Positions 1 to 6,876 of a stretch of 64,000 nucleotides of DNA are shown in pieces. Source of the DNA: Nitrospinaceae bacterium (GTDB lineage Bacteria; Nitrospinota; Nitrospinia; Nitrospinales; VA-1); contig JAJDAY010000025.1 of assembly GCA_029261655.1 (NCBI GenBank), forward strand, positions 36,390 to 100,389. Reading direction: 5' to 3'. A model generated the notes under the pieces. The model did no database searches, was not told where the DNA came from, and worked only from the letters and a program-made list of their open reading frames with translations. The position numbers and the translations under genes were made by a program. Each line of letters opens with the position of its first letter. Within the stretch, counting starts at the first letter, position 1.

Positions 1-439
1 CACACCCGGTGATCGGCTTTTCTGATAAAAAATAGTTTCGATAACTGATTAAAGAAGCAAATTTCCTGCCAGAACGGGGAAAAACTATAAATTCAATTAA
101 AATACGGTTTTTCAAGAGCTTTCAACCTTCACTCCGCCCACGAAGCGGATGAAAAGACCACAAATGGATAAATCCAACCCATTGTTTTACTGGCTTTTGT
201 GCCAAATATTGTCATCTCGAAACCTTCGGGTGTTTTGCCGCACTCCCCCTGCCCTGGAGGCAGGGAGTTTAGGCCTGAGAATATTCTGAGACCGGGGGCC
301 TCATTTTTTTAAAATAGGGGAAGGAATTATCGGGGAACTCGAATAGAACCCTCGCGGTGGATTTTCCGCTAGAGCGCCGATCGGGAAAACCCAGGCCGCA
401 ATATTTCTGTCACCAGCGGCTCTGAGTTATATATCCTGG

Positions 440-619
440 TTACATAAGGGTGCGTATTGCGGAAGTCTCATCCTCATCCTCAAGGCTCATGACATGCTCT
501 CTATCTCTCTCTGTAAACTGGGTGCGAACGTAGTCCAGGGATCTTTTCTCTAATTCCGAACGTGTGACAATGTTCATCAATTTTCCGGTGCCGTCATAGA
601 TTCTAACTTCGTACAACAT
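440..619 (-). CDS. small hypothetical protein (59 aa, below ORF-track cutoff)
   Basis: ATG at 619-617 preceded by GGAGGTAAATT. Reads MLYEVRIYDGTGKLMNIVTRSELEKRSLDYVRTQFTERDREHVMSLEDEDETSAIRTLM, stop at 442-440. No family recognised. Confidence 0.35.
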   Translation of the reverse strand: MLYEVRIYDGTGKLMNIVTRSELEKRSLDYVRTQFTERDREHVMSLEDEDETSAIRTLM

Positions 620-1024
620 AATTTACCTCCGGTGCCGAGTGGTTGAATTCGAGTTAAAAACTTACAAAGTGTTGTTGGAAACCATCCGCCAGAAGGGGGG
701 ATCATTGGAGGAGACGTTTTCATCTGACGGATGGAATCCTAACTATTTTTAATGGCGAGAAAATCATCGCCTTGGATGATTACTACTTTGCCATAGCTAT
801 ATCGCAGATCCGTTAAGAGCATGTGACGGTTTGATTACTTTTGAATTTGATTTTAGACACCCGGCCCATGGGAGAATAACCTGCAGAAAATCAACGGGAA
901 ATGAGATGAAGGCATTTTCCTGAAGCAAAAAAATGATCCTCTGTTGGCCGGGGGATGCTTATAAAAAAGAGTTAATTTAAGGGTGGGAATGAAATGGTAA
1001 GAAAAAATGGTTTTTGCAGTTTCT

Positions 1025-1711
1025 TCAAAAAAGGTCGTTTTTATTTGCAACCTTTGATGAAAGAAATTTTAGAGTGTTGTCTTTGAGGTCAATCGTCGCC
1101 CTGGTTGGGGATACCGAGGCTGAAGAAATCAACCGCGCTTGTTTAACCTGAATGCGGGTCACGACTGTTTCTTCCCCTTTGGATGTTCTTACAGACCGAA
1201 TGAATTCAGCGTTGAGTTCTAAAAAACGGATCCCTGAAGAAGAGGAGCCTAGCGTCCCTACTGTATTTTCCGGGAACGGGTCATTTATTAATCTTTCATC
1301 TATTAATCTTTCATCATAATTTTTGGGGTGAAAGTTTTCAGGAGCGGTGGGTTGAAAAGGCGTCAGGGTTTCGGTGACGGGTTTGTTTTCTGGATCAGCC
1401 GATCGACGAGATATAAACGAAAATTTTGCCCCCACCTCGAAATGTCCAGAGGAAGAATAACCGGTGAGCGTTTTACAACGCACCACTTCCGCTTGAATTT
1501 CTTTTGGCTCTGATTCCTGCTTTTGCATGGGAAGGATCAAATCGAACTGCGTGCCGCTGGTGAAATACTTTGGGGCGCAAAAAGATATTCCGTGAATACT
1601 CAAGTCCCGGATGTTGACCTCCGACCGGTTTTTGGCAATGCCCCAAATGATACACGCCGACAAACCCACCTGCATTCTGGGCATTTTTCTTTTTTCCGCT
1701 GACAGATTCAT
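1025..1711 (-). CDS. PilZ domain protein (putative c-di-GMP receptor)
   Basis: The N-terminus carries both PilZ signature motifs, RxxxR (RKMPR) and D/NxSxxG (DLSIHG). Start moved to the ATG at 1711, which has GAGAGGAAG upstream; the ATG at 1741 has no RBS. Confidence 0.7.
   Translation of the reverse strand: MNLSAEKRKMPRMQVGLSACIIWGIAKNRSEVNIRDLSIHGISFCAPKYFTSGTQFDLILPMQKQESEPKEIQAEVVRCKTLTGYSSSGHFEVGAKFSFISRRSADPENKPVTETLTPFQPTAPENFHPKNYDERLIDERLINDPFPENTVGTLGSSSSGIRFLELNAEFIRSVRTSKGEETVVTRIQVKQARLISSASVSPTRATIDLKDNTLKFLSSKVANKNDLF
1287..1316. repeat. 15-bp tandem duplication inside the PilZ gene (encodes DERLI-DERLI)
   Basis: attaatctttcatct / attaatctttcatca read directly. Confidence 0.8.
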
Positions 1712-1970
1712 GCCAATCTTCCTCTCAGTCCAGAGAAACATTCATCATAGAAACATTATTTCTCAGCAAATAAAGCCCCAAAAAGTCCGGCGATCGAAAC
1801 CATAATATCACTATTTTCAATATCTTACAATAACCGTGCGGCCTTGGACCAAAGGGTCCAAAACCTCCAACCGTGACGAAAACGTGACAGGACCTTAACC
1901 CTGTTTAAATATTTATTTGAGATTCTGTTGACTCCAGAAAAGCCATTCACTTTTAATGGGGAGGTCAACT

Positions 1971-2138
1971 ATGGACACTGCAAATTTACCTAAAGAGATT
2001 GCCAGGATAAAATTAAAGGCTCGGTATATAGAGTTTCTGCACTGGAAAAAATTAGGGATGCGGTTGTTATGGAGATCGGTTCTATTGAATTTCCGGATAG
2101 GAAACCGAAAAATGAAATACCTGGTTGGAAGGAAATAA
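1971..2138 (+). CDS. small hypothetical protein (55 aa)
   Basis: ATG at 1971 sits 6 nt after GGGGAGG. Basic product MDTANLPKEIARIKLKARYIEF..., no recognisable family. Confidence 0.25.
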   Translation: MDTANLPKEIARIKLKARYIEFLHWKKLGMRLLWRSVLLNFRIGNRKMKYLVGRK

Positions 2139-2787
2139 ACTTCTTTAAACGCTTATTAAATTTTCTTTAAAAAAAATACCTCACGGCTCCCCGGCGACTC
2201 CCCAAGTGCGGGTCTCGAACCGCAACGCACTCTCTGATCCTGACCCAAGGGACTAGCGCATCGCATCACTTAAGCCCATTCAGACCACTAACTCTCACGG
2301 GAACCCCACGCACCTCATATATTTTCCGGGCCTGGCGTTTTCTCGAGGCCCAAGCTTCCTCTGGAAGAAGCGTCAGCTAATTTGCCCTCCGCATATCGAG
2401 GCGGGAGATTCTGACCCGCTGTTGGGAATCAAAAAAATTTATTTTATTCCCCCCTTTCTTCCAGCAACCCAAACTTGCCCGATTATATTTTGTCGATCAT
2501 TTTTTCTACCACCCGGAATTTATCCCCCACATCAAGGCTTTCTAAATAATATTTATCTTCTGAAAATATGGCGGCGCCGAAATGTGTGCCTCTTAGTAAG
2601 AGGATATACCGATAAATATCCGCCTAACCCATGCCCCTGCCCTTTCATTCCAAAAATTAAGATGAATTCAAAAAGTTGCTATTGCAAAATTTTTAATAAC
2701 TTTGATAGATTAAATGTAGATATGAGGTTTTCACACAGTCCTCGGGGGAGGATGGAACATGGAGGTTAACCACGAAGCGAGGGAATT

Positions 2788-3267
2788 ATGAAATATCTAC
2801 TGACCATCCTGATTTTATTGTTCGCATCTCCTGCGTTCGCCGGAGGAAATTTCGACGCGTTCAGCGGAGCCAATCAATCAAGCGGCGACAATGAACTGTA
2901 TGAGGAACCGGAAATTATCCAGGAAAATCCCATCCAGAAAAGCCCTGTCGCCGAGCAAGAGCAGGAACAGGAACAGGAACAGGAATTCAAAATCAACGAG
3001 AGATTGTACCGGGAAAGCATCGGTTCCAACGGCTACTATGGGGGCGGGTTTTATGGAGAAGAAAAGTATGCGGCCCTGATAGACTATTACACGATAACTT
3101 CCAATAACAGAGATTTTGATTTTGGAACGGGTTTCATTGTGGTGAATGACCAGCTCCTGCCAACAACCAATTTTTTGTCGCCTTTTGTCTCTCCCTTTGT
3201 CCAGGGCGGCATTCTATTTAACAGGGGAATCAGCATAAACCTTGGCAGCTTTAGTTTCAGACGCTGA
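2788..3267 (+). CDS. secreted hypothetical protein with an (EQ)n tract and a Gly/Tyr/Phe-rich C-terminal half
   Basis: Signal peptide MKYLLTILILLFASPAFA-GG and RBS GAGGGAATT before the ATG. Convergent with the Asn-rich paralog at 3386 and shares its terminator. Confidence 0.7.
   Translation: MKYLLTILILLFASPAFAGGNFDAFSGANQSSGDNELYEEPEIIQENPIQKSPVAEQEQEQEQEQEFKINERLYRESIGSNGYYGGGFYGEEKYAALIDYYTITSNNRDFDFGTGFIVVNDQLLPTTNFLSPFVSPFVQGGILFNRGISINLGSFSFRR
2953..2985 (+). repeat. GAR-CAR hexanucleotide microsatellite encoding EQEQEQEQEQE
   Basis: gagcaagagcaggaacaggaacaggaacaggaa read directly. Confidence 0.85.
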
Positions 3268-3301
3268 TAAGCATTACTAAAGATCGGTCAACCTGTCAGA
3301 C

Positions 3302-3347
3302 AAAAAAAACGGCAAGGAGACGTTGCATCTCCTTGCCGCTTTTATTT
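3302..3347. terminator. bidirectional intrinsic terminator shared by 2788..3267(+) and 3386..3985(-)
   Basis: Perfect 10-bp stem GGCAAGGAGA / TCTCCTTGCC (3311-3320 / 3328-3337) with a 7-nt loop. Flanked by A8 (3302-3309) and CTTTTATTT, so a U-tract follows the hairpin on both strands. Confidence 0.65.
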
Positions 3348-3360
3348 AAACCTGCAAAAT

Positions 3361-3380
3361 TGAATCAAACTTCTGATTCA
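3361..3380 (-). promoter_or_regulatory. conserved 3'-UTR hairpin (copy 1)
   Basis: TGAATCA-aacttc-TGATTCA, just downstream of the stop of 3386..3985. Confidence 0.5.
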
Positions 3381-3385
3381 GTTTA

Positions 3386-3985
3386 CTAGGGTACTGCTAT
3401 TACGCGAGGAGCGCCCAACCGGTTGCGGTTAAAGCTCTTCTTCGCTGTGAAGTTTTTGCTGGCATCAATGTCTACACCGATCCACGCGTTGGTGGAGCTG
3501 TTGTAGGAACTGTTGCTATTGTGAGAGTTGTTGACGTTGTAGTTTTTCATCACATCCACGTTCTTGGTCTTGGTGGTGTTGTAAGAATTTTTGTGGTTGT
3601 AAGAATTGATCGTAGAATCATTGATAGAGTTATCAATGTTAACCACATCGCCATCACCTGCGGCACCGGCGCCACCAAACTGCTGAACCACAAATTTTCC
3701 GCCAACCAGGTTGCCCTGAGCATTTACATTAACCTTGGTTTTGTTGGTAACATCGACATCGTAAGTCTTGTTGAAAGAATCTTTGATATCAACATCCAGA
3801 CCATCGTTATCCATGTTGTTCAAAGAACCTGTGACGTCAAGATCCAATCCATCGTCATCTGAATTATCGTTGAAAGATTTTTTGACATCGATATCAGTTC
3901 CGCCCCAATAGCCACCTGCGAAAGCTACGCTGGAAGAACCAACCAAACAAAGTGCGATTAATGCGGACAAGATTTTTTTCTGCAT
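3386..3985 (-). CDS. secreted Asn/Asp-rich repeat protein, paralog A (putative fibre/amyloid subunit)
   Basis: Start moved to MQKKILSALIALCLVGSSSVAFA (signal peptide) with AGGAG RBS. Motifs: recurring SFN(D/K/R), the GKFVVQQFGGAGAAG core, and NIDNSINDSTINS. Paralogous to 4107..4700 and 4826..5404. Confidence 0.85.
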   Translation of the reverse strand: MQKKILSALIALCLVGSSSVAFAGGYWGGTDIDVKKSFNDNSDDDGLDLDVTGSLNNMDNDGLDVDIKDSFNKTYDVDVTNKTKVNVNAQGNLVGGKFVVQQFGGAGAAGDGDVVNIDNSINDSTINSYNHKNSYNTTKTKNVDVMKNYNVNNSHNSNSSYNSSTNAWIGVDIDASKNFTAKKSFNRNRLGAPRVIAVP

Positions 3986-4029
3986 GATGCTTCTCCTTAA
4001 ATTAAAGTCAATTAAAGTTTGGATATAGT

Positions 4030-4060
4030 GCGGCAAGGAAATGCTGTGTCTCCTTGCCGC
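4030..4060 (-). promoter_or_regulatory. intercistronic stem-loop (copy 2 of the GGCAAGGAG hairpin), no U-tract on the coding strand
   Basis: GCGGCAAGGA / TCCTTGCCGC 10-bp stem. It extends to 12 bp with a G-U pair only in the minus-sense RNA. Confidence 0.55.
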
Positions 4061-4081
4061 GTTTGTTAAATCTACAAAACT

Positions 4082-4100
4082 GATTCAAACGTTCTGAATC
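4082..4100 (-). promoter_or_regulatory. conserved 3'-UTR hairpin (copy 2, with a compensatory base-pair swap)
   Basis: GATTCA-aacgttc-TGAATC, versus GAATCA/TGATTC in copies 1 and 3. Confidence 0.5.
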
Positions 4101-4106
4101 CGCTTA

Positions 4107-4700
4107 TTAATTCATTCCGTTTGGAAGTCCACGAAGGCCCCCCAATTGATTGCCATTGAAACTTCTAATGGCTTTGAAGTTGTGGCTCTGGTCAACGTTC
4201 ACATCAACGTCAAGGTCCAGGCTACGGGTGGAGCTACGAGTTTTGTTGAAAGAATTGTTGATCATGGAACTAGAGGTGTAGTTGTGATTAGAGGTATAGG
4301 TCCGGTTGTGAGAATTGGTGTCGTTATGGGAATTAATCGTAGAATCATTGATAGAGTTATCCACGTTAACCACACTGCCAGCACCTGCTGCACCGGCGCC
4401 ACCAAACTGCTGTACCACAAATTTTCCGATCACCCCGTTGCCCTGGGCATTTACATCAACTTTTGTTTTTTTGGTAATATCAATATTGTGAGTCTTATTA
4501 AAAGAATTCGTGACGTCAAGGTCCAAACCATCGTTGTCCATGCCGTTCAATGATTTGTTGACATCAACATCTATCAGATCATCATCAGAACGATCGTTGA
4601 AAGATTTGCTGATATCAATATCGTAGTAACCTGCGAACGCTACGCTGGCAGAACCTACCAGACAAAGAGCCAATACTGCGGACAAGATTTTCTTCTGCAT
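4107..4700 (-). CDS. secreted Asn/Asp-rich repeat protein, paralog B
   Basis: Start at MQKKILSAVLALCLVGSASVAFA with AGGAG RBS. Same motif architecture as paralogs A and C. Confidence 0.85.
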   Translation of the reverse strand: MQKKILSAVLALCLVGSASVAFAGYYDIDISKSFNDRSDDDLIDVDVNKSLNGMDNDGLDLDVTNSFNKTHNIDITKKTKVDVNAQGNGVIGKFVVQQFGGAGAAGAGSVVNVDNSINDSTINSHNDTNSHNRTYTSNHNYTSSSMINNSFNKTRSSTRSLDLDVDVNVDQSHNFKAIRSFNGNQLGGLRGLPNGMN

Positions 4701-4743
4701 GATGTTTCTCCTTAAATAGGTCAATTGAAGCTGGGTTAAAGTG

Positions 4744-4772
4744 CGGCAAGAAGATGTTGTACCTCCTTGCCG
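4744..4772 (-). promoter_or_regulatory. intercistronic stem-loop (copy 3 of the GGCAAGGAG hairpin)
   Basis: CGGCAAGAAG / CTCCTTGCCG. The single mismatch is A-C in plus sense but a G-U wobble in minus sense. Confidence 0.55.
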
Positions 4773-4794
4773 TGCTTGTTAAACCGTTACAACA

Positions 4795-4813
4795 GAATCA
4801 AACGATCTGATTC
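4795..4813 (-). promoter_or_regulatory. conserved 3'-UTR hairpin (copy 3)
   Basis: GAATCA-aacgatc-TGATTC. Confidence 0.5.
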
Positions 4814-4825
4814 CGTTAATCAAAG

Positions 4826-5404
4826 TTAGCGAGGTCCGATACCACCCAAGCGGTTGCGGTTGAAGCTGTTCACTGCTTTGAAGTTTTGGCTTTTGTCGAC
4901 GTCTACGTACACATCGATGTCTGCCGTGTGGCTGGAGGTACGGGTTTTGTTGAAAGAATCATTGATGTTCTTGGTAGAGGTGTAGTTGTGAGTAGAAGTA
5001 TAGGTACTGTTATGAGAATTGGTGTCGTTATTAGAATTAATCTTAGAACCATTGATAGAGTTATCAATGTTGTACACGTCACCAGCACCTGCTGCACCGG
5101 CGCCACCAAACTGCTGAACCACAAATTTACCCTTCACCAGGTTGCCCTGAGCATTTACATCAACTTTCGTATCTGAGCTGGCCCAAACATTAGCTTCTTT
5201 GTTGAAAGAACCTGTGATATCAGCATCGATCAAATCGTTGTCCATGTTGTTCAAAGATTTGTTGACATCAACATCTACATAATCGTCATCAGAACGATCG
5301 TTGAAAGATTTGCTGACATCAATGTCGTAATAACCTGCGAAAGCTACGCTGGCAGAACCTACCAGACAAAGTGCCAATACTGCGGATAAGATTTTCTTCT
5401 GCAT
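4826..5404 (-). CDS. secreted Asn/Asp-rich repeat protein, paralog C
   Basis: Start at MQKKILSAVLALCLVGSASVAFA. The N-terminal ~40 aa are nearly identical to paralog B. Same GKFVVQQFGGAGAAG core and NIDNSINGS motif. Confidence 0.85.
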   Translation of the reverse strand: MQKKILSAVLALCLVGSASVAFAGYYDIDVSKSFNDRSDDDYVDVDVNKSLNNMDNDLIDADITGSFNKEANVWASSDTKVDVNAQGNLVKGKFVVQQFGGAGAAGAGDVYNIDNSINGSKINSNNDTNSHNSTYTSTHNYTSTKNINDSFNKTRTSSHTADIDVYVDVDKSQNFKAVNSFNRNRLGGIGPR

Positions 5405-5454
5405 GATGTTTCTCCTTAAATTAAGCAAGTGATTAAATAAACTGCATTAGGTCA

Positions 5455-5488
5455 AGCAACAATAAAATTTCGATCCTGTGATCGAAAT
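5455..5488 (-). terminator. hairpin plus U-rich tract downstream of the CsgG-like gene (possible partial terminator)
   Basis: ATTTCGATC-ctgt-GATCGAAAT, a perfect 9-bp stem (5467-5475 / 5480-5488). In minus sense it is followed by TTTATTGTTG. Confidence 0.45.
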
Positions 5489-5494
5489 GAAAAA

Positions 5495-6367
5495 TCAGTA
5501 CGATACTTTCTGCCAGTCGTCTTCCTCGTCAAACGGCTCAACTTGGGTAGAAGCCGCGATAGGGGGTGCCTTACGAGCATCTTCAACACCTTCTACATTT
5601 GCGATGATTGACGAGCAGGATTTTGAGTCGATGTCGTAAAGGTCCGTCATCATCTCAAAGACAGCCATTTTCAGCATATTGCGCAATGCGAAGTGGACGG
5701 CTTCACGATGTTGTTCGCCCAAATCGACAGCCACTAAAATATCCCCAAAAAACCGGCCGATATTCGCGCCTATTTCGTCAGCAACAACCTGTTTGAAGAT
5801 GGAAGAATGTCCGACCACTTCTGAAGTTTTGGTGTCGGTTAAAAACAGATCCATCCCGATCAACATGCGGTGCTGGCGATATTTAGCTCCCACCCCGTAC
5901 ACACTGGCGTCGATGCCGCCGCCGGGAAGGAAATCCAGGCTGTTAATAGAACCTGTGATGTGATAGTCGGAACCGATCCATTTCACTTTTCCGCCAAAAG
6001 AGGCTTCCAGCTTCATCACTCGGGGATCACGTCGGTTGACCACGCGGGCAATTTGGGATTGCAACAAGGCGCTCTGAACGATATCGCCAGCCGCCTGGGT
6101 CACAAATTTTCCGTTTCCAGAGTCGGAAATGGAGAACTTACCGGTTTCATCACTGATCGCTCCAACACCGATGCTGGCTTTTTTGCCCAGGTAGGTAGAG
6201 CTCAGGCAGGAAAGCAAAGAATCATAGGGAGTCGTTATTTGATAAACAGGCTTGGGTCCTTCCGTCAATTTCATATCTTGCTTTAAGGGAGTGGTGGCGG
6301 CGCAACCGCTTCCCAAAGCTAAAATACTTAAAGCTAAAAAAAGCTTTGTTAGTCTCTCGTTGAACAT
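5495..6367 (-). CDS. csgG: CsgG/HfaB-family outer-membrane secretion-channel lipoprotein
   Basis: Start at MFNERL with GGAGG RBS. Lipoprotein-type signal ending LALGSG-C. Blocks align by eye to E. coli CsgG: IGVGAISDETGKF vs VSVYNIQDETGQF; ITGSINSLDF..GGGIDASVYGVGAKYRQ vs VEGSIIGYES..GGVGARYFGIGADTQYQ; LFLTDTKTSEVV vs LRVVNVSTGEIL. The symbol is family-level only. Confidence 0.85.
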   Translation of the reverse strand: MFNERLTKLFLALSILALGSGCAATTPLKQDMKLTEGPKPVYQITTPYDSLLSCLSSTYLGKKASIGVGAISDETGKFSISDSGNGKFVTQAAGDIVQSALLQSQIARVVNRRDPRVMKLEASFGGKVKWIGSDYHITGSINSLDFLPGGGIDASVYGVGAKYRQHRMLIGMDLFLTDTKTSEVVGHSSIFKQVVADEIGANIGRFFGDILVAVDLGEQHREAVHFALRNMLKMAVFEMMTDLYDIDSKSCSSIIANVEGVEDARKAPPIAASTQVEPFDEEDDWQKVSY

Positions 6368-6459
6368 TTTTTGTGCCTCCGAATTAAGCAAGGTTATGAA
6401 ACAAGTAATTAGAATTTAAAAATGTCGTTTCGTCGGTTCTGCCATCAAAACTGACGGTC

Positions 6460-6876
6460 TTATTTATTGATATTCTTGTTGATATTCGTATGAGTGGTGT
6501 TCGTATTGGTTGTGTTATTGCTGTTCTGAATGGTTTTATTAATATTCGTCGTTGTCGTCGAAGTTTTGGTTTTGTTAAAAGAATCTTTTGTGTTGAAGGA
6601 ATCGAGCACAGAATCATTTATGGAGTTATCAATTTGAATGATCTGACTCCCAATGTGAGTTGTCTCCGTACCGAAATAGGTGGAAGAACTATTGAATCCA
6701 TCCTCTTCAACGAGTTCGATGGCGAGTGCCTGCTCCACGAGGCGTGCTTTTTCAAATGATGATGGAAAGCCCCAACTATTGTTCCAATCTGCAGAAGGGT
6801 TGGCAAGAGCGGAACTTCCGCTCAGGAGTAGCGCCGCAACCGCAAGCATCAGAATTTTTCCTGAAAATTTACACAT
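6460..6876 (-). CDS. secreted protein with a unique N-terminal domain and an Asn/Thr-rich tail that shares a module with the paralogs (candidate accessory/nucleator)
   Basis: Start moved to MCKFSGKILMLAVAALLLSGSSALA (signal peptide) with GAGAGG RBS. The segment QIDNSINDSVLDSFNTKDSFNKTKT matches NIDNSINDSTINSYNHKNSYNTTKT of paralog A. Lies directly upstream of the CsgG-like gene. Confidence 0.75.
   Translation of the reverse strand: MCKFSGKILMLAVAALLLSGSSALANPSADWNNSWGFPSSFEKARLVEQALAIELVEEDGFNSSSTYFGTETTHIGSQIIQIDNSINDSVLDSFNTKDSFNKTKTSTTTTNINKTIQNSNNTTNTNTTHTNINKNINK

Larger units (their letters stand above)
3290..5428 (-). repeat. tandem triplication (period about 0.7 kb) of a cassette: RBS, Asn/Asp-rich secreted gene, two 3' hairpins
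   Basis: Start codons at 3985, 4700 and 5404. Near-identical RBS context TTAAGGAGAAxCATC-ATG-CAG-AAR-AAR-ATC, and conserved downstream hairpin pairs. Confidence 0.85.

Noticed and set aside
2170-2240. tRNA- or tmRNA-like T-arm (GGTTCGAGACC) on the minus strand
   Set aside because: The stem does not pair canonically. No acceptor stem, CCA end, or tmRNA 5' GGGG...TTCGAC element could be found nearby. It is kept only as part of the unassigned structured-region finding.
2422-2769. 115-aa plus-strand ORF starting at TTG
   Set aside because: It has no RBS, its composition is Pro/Cys/Ile-rich and odd, and it lies in the AT-rich promoter region of the 2788 gene. It is most likely non-coding.
3386-5404. 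Calling the three paralogs csgA/csgB (curlin)
   Set aside because: I looked for the five-fold S-x5-Q-x-G-x-x-N-x-A-x3-Q curlin repeat and did not find it. Only one QQFGGAG-like element occurs per protein. Without an HMM search the curlin label is not justified.
3521-6759. Plus-strand ORFs antisense to the Asn-rich genes (3521-3862, 4146-4553, 4886-5176, 6490-6759) and the alternative-frame ORF at 4903-5124
   Set aside because: These are shadow ORFs created by the AAC/GAT/AAT-biased repetitive coding sequence on the minus strand. Their translations are V/I/H/R-rich nonsense, with no RBS and no signal peptides, whereas the minus-strand frames have RBS, signal peptides and paralogy.
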